From assembly GCA_028707495.1 (NCBI GenBank), contig JAQWAS010000006.1:664-64663 (forward strand): 64,000 nt of DNA, read 5' to 3'. This DNA comes from Patescibacteria group bacterium (lineage in GTDB: Bacteria > Patescibacteriota > Patescibacteriia > UBA2591 > JAQWAS01). Positions 37,840 through 48,137 of the stretch are shown piece by piece. Under the pieces are notes generated by a model. It saw nothing but the letters and a program-made list of their open reading frames with translations. It made no database searches and was not told the DNA's origin. Each line of letters begins with the position of its first letter. Positions within the stretch are counted from its first letter, which is position 1. The translations under genes and the position numbers were made by a program.

Positions 37840-38331
37840 ATGATTATTTTAGGGATAGATCCAGGTTTGGCGACACTAGGTTATGGTTTAATCGAAGTTG
37901 ATAAAAGTGAATTAAAATATCTTAAACATGGTACGATTGAAACAGCTAAAAATGAAGATCATGTCCAACGTTTATCTCAAATCTACGATCAATTAAGCAA
38001 GATCATAAAAAAATATCAACCAGAAAAGGTAGCTGTTGAAGAGCTATTTTTTTGTAAAAACACAAAAACAGCTTTAAAGGTTGGTCAGGCAGTTGGCGTA
38101 GTCTATTTGTGCTTGGCGCAAAATAAATTACGATTAGAGAGTTATACGCCGTTACAAGTTAAACAAGCTATTAGCGGTTACGGTAATGCGAATAAAAAAC
38201 AGATGCAAGATATGGTGAAAATAATTTTAAAATTAAAATCTATTCCACAACCAGATGATGCGGCCGATGGCTTAGCTTTGGCTTTATGTTGTGCTCAGAG
38301 TTTAAAATTTAAAAGTAGAATTAGAGAATAA
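37840..38331 (+). CDS. ruvC: Holliday junction resolvase
   Basis: ILGIDPG, AVEELFF, PDDAADGLA. Confidence 0.96.
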   Translation: MIILGIDPGLATLGYGLIEVDKSELKYLKHGTIETAKNEDHVQRLSQIYDQLSKIIKKYQPEKVAVEELFFCKNTKTALKVGQAVGVVYLCLAQNKLRLESYTPLQVKQAISGYGNANKKQMQDMVKIILKLKSIPQPDDAADGLALALCCAQSLKFKSRIRE

Positions 38332-38334
38332 ATT

Positions 38335-38390
38335 TTTTAAAAAATAAAGCAGGCAACACATTGACGTGTTGCCTGCTTTATTTTTTAAAA
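38335..38390. terminator. Bidirectional terminator between ruvC and smc
   Basis: Long inverted repeat AAAATAAAGCAGGCAACAC/GTGTTGCCTGCTTTATTTT. Confidence 0.85.
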
Positions 38391-38402
38391 TAAAATAAAA
38401 AT

Positions 38403-40661
38403 TTATTTATCGTCTAGTTTTAAACTCACAATTTTAGAAATACCATCTTGGCTCATGGTTACACCATAAAGAATTTCGCCGATTTCCATAGTATAACGAT
38501 TGTGGGTAATAACAATAAACTGAGTTTTATGGGCTAAATCTTTTAAGATTTTAGCAAATTTATGAGAATTGTTTTCATCTAAGGCCGCGTCAACTTCGTC
38601 CAAAATTATAAAAGGTGGTGGATTAGATGAGATAATGGCGCAAATTAAAGCCAAAGAAGTTAAGGCTTTTTCTCCACCAGAGAGCATTTCAATATTTTTT
38701 AATTTTTTTCCTGGCGGAGTGGCGTGAATTTCGATTGATTTATAGCTGGTTTGATTGATGATTTTTAAGATTTTATCTAATGGAGTTTGCCTTTTACTAG
38801 TTTCGGAATCGAGTGTTTCGTCGGGTATATCTTGGCCGATTTGAAATTCAGGATCGAGTTCTTCATTTTCTTCTATAGTGGTCGTCTCTTCCTTTTTAAG
38901 AATTAATTCAGCTTTACCACCATCAAAAAAGCTAGTAAAAAATTTGTTAAACTCTTTATTAATAGTTTCAAATTTTTCTTCAAATTGATTTTTAATTTTT
39001 TGATTTAATTCTTTAATAATTTTTTCTAAAGATTGGATGGCCTGGTTAAGATCTTCAACTTGATGATTTAAAAAATCATAACGTTCTTTAATTAAAGTAT
39101 ATTCTTGAACGGTTTCTGGGTCGATACCACCAATAATTTCTAATTGGTGTTTTAATTTATAAATTTCACTTTTGATTTCTTCCGAGTTGGGTTGAGTTGT
39201 TGCTGGGCACTTTTTAATCTGATCAATATTTTTACCAACAAAATCTTGTTCAATTTCACGCATTAAATCTTCTTGTCTAACTTCAATGCGCGCCAAGTCT
39301 ATTTTAACTTCATTGAGCTGACTATTAAGTTCATTAAGTTCAAATTGTTTTTGTTGGAGTTCTTCTTGTTGTTTAAAAAGCTGTTGATTTTTAGTTTCTT
39401 GGGTTTTATTAAAATCACTAATTTCCTGTTGAACATTTTTTAAATTATCTTGATTGGTTTGCAAATCCTGACTAATTTTAGCTAGTTGCTCATTAATTTT
39501 TTTATTTAATTCTTTTTGAGCCGAATTGTCTCTGGTTGGCGAAAGCTGTTGACTTAAAATTTTAAGCTGTTGATTATTTTTAATTAAAACCTGTTGAAGA
39601 TTTTCTAAGCTTTGTTGGTTAATTTGGCTTAAAATTTTATCTTGAATTTCAATAATATTTTTTAAATCTTGAATAATTTTATTTAAAAGTTGAGGTGTTA
39701 GTTGGATCGAAATATTTTGAGTTGGAATTTGGATTAGCTGTGATTTTAATTCAAATTCTTTTTGGCGAAGCTGATTTTGTAAATCAATAATATGTTGATA
39801 TTTCTCTTGAAGCTGATCAAAAAGTTGTGAGCGTGTTGGTTTGATTTTAATTTGGTCAATCTTGTTTTTAGCCTGATTGAATTCAGTTTGAGCCTGATCG
39901 ATTTTTTGATTTAAATTATCAAAATTTATTTTCAACTTAGCTTGTTGTTGGTTAATTTGTTGCCACAAATGAGCATAGTAAGTTGTTTGGTAGCTTTCCA
40001 GCTCTTGTTCGATTTTTTCTCTTTTTTCCAAACGTTTAACCTGGCGAGTTAGGGAAGTTAATTGGGGAATAATTTCTTTTAAGGTTAATTGAGTTTGTTC
40101 TAAATTTTCTTGGACACTTTTTAATTTATTAATGGCTTTTTCTTGTTTAAATTGATATTGTTTTACACCAACAGCTTCGTTAAAATAATCACGTCTTTCT
40201 TGCGGGGTAGCTTTAATAATAGAATCTATTTCACCCTGGCTGATAATGCTGTAATTTTTTTGACCAAAACTTATTTTAGCTAATAAAAACAAAATATCCT
40301 GTAAACGTGATTTAGATTCATTAATTAAATATTCTCCCTCACCATTAAGATAAATACGTCGTGTAATTAATAAATTAGTATAATCAATAGCTTGGCGCTG
40401 AGGATTATCAATATCAATTGAAACTTCAGCCAAATTTTGGCGACTAGCCTTGTCGGAACCAGAAAAAATAATGTCAGTCGATTTTTTACCACGTAAATTT
40501 TTTAAACTTTGTTCGCCCAAGCCCCAGCGCAGAGCATCAACTAAATTAGATTTACCACTGCCATTTGGTCCGACAATACAAGTAACACCAGGTTTAAAAT
40601 CTAACCTGGTTTTATTAGCAAAAGATTTAAAGCCTTTAATTTCGAGTCTTTGTAGATACAT
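38403..40661 (-). CDS. smc: Short Smc-family chromosome segregation ATPase
   Basis: GFKSF, GPNGSGKSN, LSGGEK, LDEVDAALD; only 752 aa; downstream of rnc. Confidence 0.88.
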   Translation of the reverse strand: MYLQRLEIKGFKSFANKTRLDFKPGVTCIVGPNGSGKSNLVDALRWGLGEQSLKNLRGKKSTDIIFSGSDKASRQNLAEVSIDIDNPQRQAIDYTNLLITRRIYLNGEGEYLINESKSRLQDILFLLAKISFGQKNYSIISQGEIDSIIKATPQERRDYFNEAVGVKQYQFKQEKAINKLKSVQENLEQTQLTLKEIIPQLTSLTRQVKRLEKREKIEQELESYQTTYYAHLWQQINQQQAKLKINFDNLNQKIDQAQTEFNQAKNKIDQIKIKPTRSQLFDQLQEKYQHIIDLQNQLRQKEFELKSQLIQIPTQNISIQLTPQLLNKIIQDLKNIIEIQDKILSQINQQSLENLQQVLIKNNQQLKILSQQLSPTRDNSAQKELNKKINEQLAKISQDLQTNQDNLKNVQQEISDFNKTQETKNQQLFKQQEELQQKQFELNELNSQLNEVKIDLARIEVRQEDLMREIEQDFVGKNIDQIKKCPATTQPNSEEIKSEIYKLKHQLEIIGGIDPETVQEYTLIKERYDFLNHQVEDLNQAIQSLEKIIKELNQKIKNQFEEKFETINKEFNKFFTSFFDGGKAELILKKEETTTIEENEELDPEFQIGQDIPDETLDSETSKRQTPLDKILKIINQTSYKSIEIHATPPGKKLKNIEMLSGGEKALTSLALICAIISSNPPPFIILDEVDAALDENNSHKFAKILKDLAHKTQFIVITHNRYTMEIGEILYGVTMSQDGISKIVSLKLDDK

Positions 40662-40665
40662 GAAT

Positions 40666-41367
40666 TTAAATATAATTTTGCCAAGCTTGTTTCTTGAGCG
40701 CTTTTTCGGCAGCTTGAACTTCAGCTTCCTGTTTGCTTGAGCCGATAGCTTGAGCCATTAAAAAGTTTTTAAGATAAACACCCATTTCAAATTTTTTAGC
40801 GTGGTCTGGTCCGTGTTCTTGAATTATTTTATAGCTAGGGGTAATTTCAAATTTTTCTTGAGTGATTTCTTGTAGACGCGTTTTAGGATCAATGTAGAGT
40901 TTATTTTTTAAAATATAAGGCAATTCAATTAGAATATTTTTTTGGATAAATTGACTAACGATTTTAATTCCTTGGTCAAGATAGATGGCGCCGATTAAAG
41001 CTTCCATAGCATTGGCTAAAATAGATTCGCGGGCTTTGGAATTTTTATCTTTAGCCTCGCCCCTGCCCAATAATAAAAAATCATTAATTTTTAATTTATT
41101 AGCCACTTGAGCCAGCATTTTAGAATTAACTAAACTTGAACGCCAGTTGGTAAGATCACCCTCTGGATTATCATATTTTTTAAATAAAAATTCAGTTACA
41201 ATTAATTCCAAAACAGCATCGCCTAAAAATTCCAAGCGTTCATTGTGGTTAAGTTCGAAATTATTATTTTCATTTAAATAAGAACGGTGAGTTAGGGCTT
41301 GAATTAGTAGAAAGTCTTGTTTAAATTTAATATTTAATTGTTTTTCTAAAAGATTATATTTTTTCAT
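40666..41367 (-). CDS. rnc: Ribonuclease III
   Basis: [12 protein letters not shown] and dsRBD. Confidence 0.97.
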   Translation of the reverse strand: MKKYNLLEKQLNIKFKQDFLLIQALTHRSYLNENNNFELNHNERLEFLGDAVLELIVTEFLFKKYDNPEGDLTNWRSSLVNSKMLAQVANKLKINDFLLLGRGEAKDKNSKARESILANAMEALIGAIYLDQGIKIVSQFIQKNILIELPYILKNKLYIDPKTRLQEITQEKFEITPSYKIIQEHGPDHAKKFEMGVYLKNFLMAQAIGSSKQEAEVQAAEKALKKQAWQNYI

Positions 41368-41797
41368 CTAGTTGAGGATTATTTTCTTGTAAATCACGGT
41401 AAATACTACCCAAAACACCGTTAACAAATTTACCCGAAGACGATCCACCAAAATTTTTTGCCAATTCAATAGCTTCATTAATAGCGACTTTGGGCGGAAT
41501 AGTCTTGTCGTACATTAATTCATAAATACCAATTCTTAAAACATTACGATCGATAATTGTAATTTGTTCTAATGGCCATTCGGGAGCATATTTAACAATT
41601 TGGGCATCTAATTCTTTTAGGTGTTCAATAATGCCTTGCAATAAATCAAGCGCGAAATTATTTTTTTCTTCAAGGGTCGGTGCAAATTCAGTTAAATCTT
41701 TTTTAAGTAAGTCAGTCGGGTTGCCTTGTTGATTATTAAAGTCCCACTCATAGAGAGATTGCATAACGACACTGCGAGATAAATGACGATGAGACAT
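41354..41797 (-). CDS. nusB: Transcription antitermination factor NusB
   Basis: [24 protein letters not shown]. Confidence 0.95.
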   Translation of the reverse strand: MSHRHLSRSVVMQSLYEWDFNNQQGNPTDLLKKDLTEFAPTLEEKNNFALDLLQGIIEHLKELDAQIVKYAPEWPLEQITIIDRNVLRIGIYELMYDKTIPPKVAINEAIELAKNFGGSSSGKFVNGVLGSIYRDLQENNPQLDEKI

Positions 41798-41839
41798 AGA
41801 TTTATTTTTTAAAAATTTAAATTAAAACAAAAAAGAAGA

Positions 41840-42094
41840 TTATTTCTTCTTTTTTGCGGGAGTATTTTTTTTATCTAAATTTTTAACTTCAGCTTTTTCG
41901 TTTTTGGAGAGCTTTTTTAATTTAATGTCCAGAATTTTTTTGTCGGCATAAGTGCCACAAAATTTACAAACATGATGTGGTTTAACTGGGTGTTGGCATT
42001 TAGGACACGAAGTTAATTTAGTTGGTTTGAGTTTTAAATGTTGAGCGCGTTGTTTACGTTGAGATGAAGTTTTCTTTTGTTTGGGTACAGACAT
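41840..42094 (-). CDS. rpmF: 50S ribosomal protein bL32 with Lys-rich tail
   Basis: MSVPKQK..CPKC..PHHVCKFCG.Y. Confidence 0.92.
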   Translation of the reverse strand: MSVPKQKKTSSQRKQRAQHLKLKPTKLTSCPKCQHPVKPHHVCKFCGTYADKKILDIKLKKLSKNEKAEVKNLDKKNTPAKKKK

Positions 42095-42119
42095 ACTTAT
42101 AAATTTATTAATTATCAAA

Positions 42120-42313
42120 TTATTATAAATTATTTTTTATAAAATAGCAAGTGTGTAAAATTTAACAATAAATTAAAATGAATTTTTAAAAAATTTTATC
42201 CCCAGTTAATTCACACACTGTCCACCCTTAGGCATTTTGAAAATTTTTTATTTTGTGAGATAGTAGATGAATACATTAAATTATAAACAAAAATAAATTT
42301 TAATTTTAAAAAC
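42120..42313. other. Probable oriC region upstream of dnaA
   Basis: AT-rich intergenic stretch with degenerate DnaA-box-like TTATCCCCA, TAATTCACA and CTGTCCACC at about 42196-42226. Confidence 0.45.
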
Positions 42314-43684
42314 ATGACAAAAGAACAATTGTGGCAGGGGGTTTTAGGCGAACTCGAATTAAATTTAAGTAAAGCCAATTTTACAACCTGGTTTAAAAAT
42401 ACTTTTATTTTTTCTTGGGATGAAACTAAAGGAGAGATCGTGATCGCCGTGCCTAACGCGTTTACGCAGGCTTGGCTAGAAAAAAAATATCACAAAGATA
42501 TTAAAAAGGGTTTAACAAATGTTTCTAATCAAGACATTAAAAATGTAATTTATAAAATAGAGAATATTCGTCATTATAAAGAAATGAAAGAATTAGAAGG
42601 CCAGAAAATAGCGGAACCAACATTAATTGAGGATTCGGCTAGTAAAACTAGGTTGAATGCTTATGGTTTAAATCCTTATTATACTTTTGATAATTTTGTA
42701 GTTGGTAAAAATAATGAACTGGCTTATGCGGCTTGTAAGGCAGTAGCCGAAAAATCAGGCGAAAAATATAATCCATTATTTATTTATAGTGGCGTGGGTT
42801 TAGGTAAAACTCATTTATTACAAGCCATCGGTCATGCGATTTTAGAAAAAAACCCTAAAGCCAAAGTCCTTTATGTCAGTTGCGAAAAATTTACCAATGA
42901 TTATATTCGAGCCATTCACGACAAAACCATTGATAGCTTTAAAAAATATTATCGTACCGTGGATTTGCTGTTAGTCGATGATGTGCAGTTTATGGCCGGC
43001 AAAGAAGGCACTCAAGAAGAATTTTTTCACACCTTTAATGAATTACATCAAAAAAACAGACAAATTGTGATCACTTCAGATCGTTTACCTAAAACCATTC
43101 CGGCACTAGAAGAACGGTTAATTTCACGTTTTGAATGGGGATTAATTACTGATATTTCCAAACCAGATCTAGAAACTCGATTAGCAATTTTAAATTCAAA
43201 ATGTGAGGAGAAAAAATATAAACTCAGTGATGATATTTTAAAATTTTTAGCCTCAACTATTCAAACCAACGTTAGAGAATTGGAAGGGGCTTTAAATAAA
43301 GTCATTGCTTATCATAATCTTTACAATTTAGAACCAACCCTAGATTCAACTAAAAATATTTTGTCGAGTTTAAAAGCCAAGCCACAACGTGGTGCTTTAA
43401 CTCCTCGCCAGGTGATTAAAACCGTTTCTGATTTTTATGAAATTAAACCGAATGATTTATGTTCTAAAACACGTAAAAAGGAAGTGGCCATGCCAAGACA
43501 AATTGCAATGTATTTATTACGTGAAGAAGTGGGAACTTCTTATCCCAGTATTGGTCAAGAATTGGGCGGACGTGATCATACGACTGCCATTCATGCTTAT
43601 AATAAAATTAAGGAAGCTGTCGAAGAAGACGGTCGAGTTAAAGATGATATCGAAATGATAAAACAGAGACTTTATAATACTTAG
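42314..43684 (+). CDS. dnaA: Chromosomal replication initiator DnaA
   Basis: YTFDNFV, GVGLGKTHL, DDVQF, RDHTT. Confidence 0.98.
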   Translation: MTKEQLWQGVLGELELNLSKANFTTWFKNTFIFSWDETKGEIVIAVPNAFTQAWLEKKYHKDIKKGLTNVSNQDIKNVIYKIENIRHYKEMKELEGQKIAEPTLIEDSASKTRLNAYGLNPYYTFDNFVVGKNNELAYAACKAVAEKSGEKYNPLFIYSGVGLGKTHLLQAIGHAILEKNPKAKVLYVSCEKFTNDYIRAIHDKTIDSFKKYYRTVDLLLVDDVQFMAGKEGTQEEFFHTFNELHQKNRQIVITSDRLPKTIPALEERLISRFEWGLITDISKPDLETRLAILNSKCEEKKYKLSDDILKFLASTIQTNVRELEGALNKVIAYHNLYNLEPTLDSTKNILSSLKAKPQRGALTPRQVIKTVSDFYEIKPNDLCSKTRKKEVAMPRQIAMYLLREEVGTSYPSIGQELGGRDHTTAIHAYNKIKEAVEEDGRVKDDIEMIKQRLYNT

Positions 43685-43871
43685 GTCGTAGTTTTGAGAG
43701 ATTTATTAAAGAAAACCAAAGTTAAAATTCTAAAAGTATAAAAATAAAAAGCCCGTCTGCCGATTCGGCGGACGGGTTTTGGGATTGGGTTTAGATAAAT
43801 ATGTGTTTATGACTCAGTTTTCTAAATTAAACTTGTTCTAAAGCCAAAATTAGATTATAATAAAATCATCT

Positions 43872-44702
43872 ATGTATATCATTAAAGCTTCAGGCGAAAA
43901 AGAAAAATATCAGCCTCAAAAAATTGTGAGGACAATTTTACGTGCTGGTGCAAATAAAAATTTAGCTCGAGAAGTTATCCAAAAAATAGAACCTTTTGTG
44001 TATGAAGGTATGTCGACTAAAGAAATTTTAAAATTAGTGCGTAAATTTTTAAGCCAAAAAGAAAAAACGGTTGCAGCCAAGTATAATTTAAAAAAAGCGA
44101 TTATGCAACTTGGCCCCACTGGTTTTAATTTTGAAAAATTAGTTGAAAGAATTTTACAAAAAGAAGGTTATCAAACCTCGACGCCACTTGTCACACAGGG
44201 AAGATGCGCTCAACACGAAATAGATGTGATAGCTAAAAAAGAAAATTCAATTTATGATATTGAATGTAAATATCGCAATGCGCGTGGAATTTATGTTGGA
44301 TTACAAACAGCCTTATATGTTTGGGCACGTCATCAAGATTTGGTGGGGGGCTCTCAAAATAAAAAATGTCCTAAATTTACTCAACCTTGGTTATGGTGCA
44401 ATACGCGTTTTTCTAGTCAGGTTATTCAATATGGCGGTTGTGCTAAAATGAAGTTAACTGGTTGGGATTATCCAGCAAAAGAAAGTTTGCGTGATTTGTT
44501 AGAAAAAAACAAATTTTATCCCATTACGGTTTTAACTTCTTTATCACAAAAAGATAAGGCAAATTTATTTAAAAATAATATAATTTTAATTCAAGATTTG
44601 TTAAACCAAGATTTAAAAAAAATTCAAGTAAAAACAAAAATTGATTTAAATAAATTAAAAAATTGGATTGATCAATCTAAAAAAATATTAAATTTAAAAT
44701 AA
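43872..44702 (+). CDS. ATP-cone plus Mrr-like restriction endonuclease domain protein
   Basis: IIKASGEKE ATP-cone; LGPTGF.FE, HEIDV, IECK. Confidence 0.8.
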   Translation: MYIIKASGEKEKYQPQKIVRTILRAGANKNLAREVIQKIEPFVYEGMSTKEILKLVRKFLSQKEKTVAAKYNLKKAIMQLGPTGFNFEKLVERILQKEGYQTSTPLVTQGRCAQHEIDVIAKKENSIYDIECKYRNARGIYVGLQTALYVWARHQDLVGGSQNKKCPKFTQPWLWCNTRFSSQVIQYGGCAKMKLTGWDYPAKESLRDLLEKNKFYPITVLTSLSQKDKANLFKNNIILIQDLLNQDLKKIQVKTKIDLNKLKNWIDQSKKILNLK

Positions 44703-44720
44703 AAATAAAACATTTTAAAT

Positions 44721-46397
44721 ATGCCAACCCAAAATTTTTTTAAGGACGAAAGCCGAAAGAAAAATCAACAATTACACGAAAAACTAGGAGATATTAAAAT
44801 AAAAGAAAAAGAACGTGTAGTTCAAACGCAAGCAGTTATTTTAGGTATAAATTATATTAATTTAGTTGGTTTTGCTATTTCCGATGAAGCTTTAAGAATT
44901 CTCCCAAAAGATAAAGCCGAAACATTAAAAACTATTTGTTTTTTATTAGAAAATAAAGAATTGCGTTTGGCTACGGTTGATTCGACTAATGTGGCTGTTC
45001 AAGATTTGGCCCAAGAATTAAGTCGACAAGGTTATCATGTTGAAATTTATTTAACTTCGCAACATTCTTTCGACAAGGCTTTACAGTTATATGAGCGTTT
45101 GCCTAAAATTAAAGAAGTCACCGTGGGGGTAAAAATTAGCCAAAATGATTTTGAGTTATATAAGAATAAAATTAAAAAATTAAGTGATGTACAGGCTGAA
45201 ATTCAGGATGCTGACATTTCTAAAATTGTAACCGTAATTATTGCTGCCGCGGTCCAAGCTGAGGCCTCAGATATTCACGTTGAAGCTGAAGAAAAAGATA
45301 TTAAATTGCGTTATCGTATTGATGGTGTTTTACAAGATGTTGCAATTTTAGATAAAGAATTGTGGAAAAATTTAAATTCTAGAATTAAATTATTAGCCAA
45401 ACTGAAAATTAATATTATCGACCAACCTCAAGACGGTCGGTTTAGTATTTTTTTGCACGATCAGAAAATTGACGTCAGAGTTTCATGTTTGCCAACTAAT
45501 TTTGGTGAAAGCGTGGTGATGCGTTTATTGACGGGGACAGCCACTAGTGTAGAATTTGAAAGCTTAGGATTAATTGGTCAAGCCTTTGAACAATTATCAC
45601 AGGAAATTAAAAGACCCAACGGGATGATTTTAACCACTGGGCCAACTGGTTCGGGTAAAACAACAACCCTATACGCTATTTTGAAAAAAATTAAAAATTC
45701 ACAAACTAAAATTATTACTTTAGAAAATCCAATCGAATATCAGCTAGATGGTATTAGTCAAAGTAATGTAGATATAGATAAGGGTTACGGATTTGCTGAT
45801 GGTTTAAAATCAATTTTACGTCAAGATCCAGATGTGATTATGGTCGGAGAAATCAGAGATTATGACACGGTTGATACGGCTATTAACGCAGCCCTAACCG
45901 GCCATTTGGTTTTATCGACTTTGCACACTAATAGTGCTGCAGCAACTATTCCGCGTTTTTTATCGATGGGAGCTAAGCCATTTTTGTTGGCCCCATCTTT
46001 AAATGTTATCATTGCGCAACGTTTAGTTAGGCGAGTATGTGAAAAATGTAAACAAGAAATCCAACTATCAGAAGCTGATTTAGAAAAAATTAAAAAAATT
46101 TTACAATCCATACCAGAAGCTATGCGCCAGGGAATTGATTTAGAAAATTTAAAGTTTTATCATGGTCAAGGTTGTGAAAGTTGCCAAGGAATCGGTTATA
46201 AGGGTCGAATTGGTATTTATGAAGTTTTGACTATGAATGAAGAAATCGAAAAAATGGTTTTGAACGAAAAAGTATCAGAATATGATATTTTAAACATTGC
46301 ACAACAAAACGGTATGGTGACGATGGTGCAAGACGGCTTATTAAAAGCTTTACAGGGTGTTACTTCAGTAGAAGAAGTTTTCCGAGTAGCTGAATAA
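44721..46397 (+). CDS. GspE/PilB type IV pilus assembly ATPase
   Basis: ASDIH, PQDGR, GPTGSGKTT, LRQDPD, TGHLVLSTLHTN, CxxC pairs. Confidence 0.93.
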   Translation: MPTQNFFKDESRKKNQQLHEKLGDIKIKEKERVVQTQAVILGINYINLVGFAISDEALRILPKDKAETLKTICFLLENKELRLATVDSTNVAVQDLAQELSRQGYHVEIYLTSQHSFDKALQLYERLPKIKEVTVGVKISQNDFELYKNKIKKLSDVQAEIQDADISKIVTVIIAAAVQAEASDIHVEAEEKDIKLRYRIDGVLQDVAILDKELWKNLNSRIKLLAKLKINIIDQPQDGRFSIFLHDQKIDVRVSCLPTNFGESVVMRLLTGTATSVEFESLGLIGQAFEQLSQEIKRPNGMILTTGPTGSGKTTTLYAILKKIKNSQTKIITLENPIEYQLDGISQSNVDIDKGYGFADGLKSILRQDPDVIMVGEIRDYDTVDTAINAALTGHLVLSTLHTNSAAATIPRFLSMGAKPFLLAPSLNVIIAQRLVRRVCEKCKQEIQLSEADLEKIKKILQSIPEAMRQGIDLENLKFYHGQGCESCQGIGYKGRIGIYEVLTMNEEIEKMVLNEKVSEYDILNIAQQNGMVTMVQDGLLKALQGVTSVEEVFRVAE

Positions 46398-46417
46398 AAA
46401 AGTCGCACACTGTGCGA

Positions 46418-46888
46418 CTAATGGAATAACTTAGTGATCCCTTTTAAGATCCGTGAAAATAAGTTTACACGTTTGATTGGAATAACTGGTTGATGGTTGA
46501 TTACGGCTTGTTCCTTCATTATTTCTTGTTTAACTTTTTTGTCTAACCATTCAAGACAAATGAAGATATTGTAAATAGGTAAGCCGTGAAGCTGTGATGG
46601 GTGTTTATTTTCGAGAATTTTGTAAAATTCGAGATTAGACCATTCTTTTTTATACTTTTCTACCCACGAGTTAACAGCCCGTCGAACATACAGAAGATCT
46701 TTCGGGTCTTTGGCTTGCCGTATTCTAGTTTGAATTTCTTGAGATCCTTGGAATAGAAATTGCCAAAGGGTTTCTCTGCCAAAGACTATCCAAATGTTGG
46801 CTAATCTAGCCATGGCTAAATCGAGAATTTTTGCCGACGATTCGTCTATATTAATCGTGCATAGAAATTCCGAATGAGAATCTGTCAT
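46418..46888 (-). CDS. Hypothetical protein (ORFan cassette)
   Basis: AAGGGG SD before ATG 46888; cassette promoter at 47068-47096. Confidence 0.65.
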   Translation of the reverse strand: MTDSHSEFLCTINIDESSAKILDLAMARLANIWIVFGRETLWQFLFQGSQEIQTRIRQAKDPKDLLYVRRAVNSWVEKYKKEWSNLEFYKILENKHPSQLHGLPIYNIFICLEWLDKKVKQEIMKEQAVINHQPVIPIKRVNLFSRILKGITKLFH

Positions 46889-46919
46889 TTTATTCCCCCT
46901 TAGTAAAATGTGCAAAAAA

Positions 46920-47040
46920 TTTTCCCTGCATGGGCCTGCACTCAAGAGAATTTTTGTTAGGAGAAGTCGAGGTATAAACCCAGAGGAACCCTGACAAAAA
47001 CCCCCATGCTTGTCGTGAGTGCAGACTTATACAGGGAAAA
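46920..47040 (-). ncRNA. Long structured leader
   Basis: TTTTCCCTGTATAAGTCTGCACTC pairs with GAGTGCAGGCCCATGCAGGGAAAA; G.U pairs form on the transcribed (-) strand. Confidence 0.5.
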
Positions 47041-47121
47041 TGAAATTAATTTATTAACTTACTTTATATCCTAGCATAAATAAAAAATCTTGTCAAGGGT
47101 ATAACTCTCTTTTTTATACAC

Positions 47122-48135
47122 ATGGATAAACTTAACAAAAAAACTCCTGTAACCGATCAAGACGATGCAATTTTAGATGCGACTTTGAGACCACAAAAAT
47201 TGGTAGAATTTATTGGTCAAAATAAAATTAAAAACAGCTTAGGAATTTTTTTGCAAGCTGCCAAGGCACGACATGAAGCAATTGATCATATTTTAATTCA
47301 TGGCGGACCAGGTTTAGGTAAAACGACTTTGGCTAACATTATAGCCAAAGAAATGGGTGTTAATATTAAGTCTATTGCCGGACCAGCCATAGAAAAAACT
47401 GGTGACGTGGCTGCTTTATTAACTAATCTAGAAGAAGGCGATGTTTTATTTATTGATGAGATTCATCGTTTACCCAAGGTAGTGGAAGAAATTTTATATC
47501 CCGCCATGGAAGAATATTTTTTAGATATTGTTTTAGGTAAAGGGCCCAGTGCACAAACCTTAAAATTAGATTTACCCAAGTTTACACTAGTTGGAGCAAC
47601 AACGCGGGCGAGTTTATTGTCTTCGCCATTACGTGATCGTTTTGGTATTGTTTATCATTTAGATTTTTATCAAGAGCCTGAGGTGCAAGATATTATTAAG
47701 CGTTCAGCTAAAATTTTCAATGTAGATTTAGATGTACCAGCTGCCGAAGAAATTGCTCGACGCTCTAGACGGACGCCTAGAATTGCTAACCGTTTATTAA
47801 AACGCGTGCGAGACTATGCTCAAGTGAAAGCCGATGGTAAAATTAATCATGATTTGGCGCGTCGAGCTTTAGCCATGATGGAAATAGATGAATATGGCTT
47901 AGATGAAGTCGATCGTCAAATTTTACAAACTTTGATTGAAAAGTTTCAAGGTGGTCCGGTGGGTTTAAAAACTTTAGCCACAGCTACACATCAGGACGTA
48001 GAAACACTAGAAACCATGTATGAACCATTTTTAATTCAACTTGGTTTTTTAAATCGCACTAGTCGTGGTCGATTAGCGACGGGATTAGCTTATCAACATT
48101 TGGGTTATCAACAACCGGCTCAACTAAATTTATAA
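47122..48135 (+). CDS. ruvB: Holliday junction branch migration helicase RuvB
   Basis: [28 protein letters not shown]. Confidence 0.97.
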   Translation: MDKLNKKTPVTDQDDAILDATLRPQKLVEFIGQNKIKNSLGIFLQAAKARHEAIDHILIHGGPGLGKTTLANIIAKEMGVNIKSIAGPAIEKTGDVAALLTNLEEGDVLFIDEIHRLPKVVEEILYPAMEEYFLDIVLGKGPSAQTLKLDLPKFTLVGATTRASLLSSPLRDRFGIVYHLDFYQEPEVQDIIKRSAKIFNVDLDVPAAEEIARRSRRTPRIANRLLKRVRDYAQVKADGKINHDLARRALAMMEIDEYGLDEVDRQILQTLIEKFQGGPVGLKTLATATHQDVETLETMYEPFLIQLGFLNRTSRGRLATGLAYQHLGYQQPAQLNL

Positions 48136-48137
48136 AT

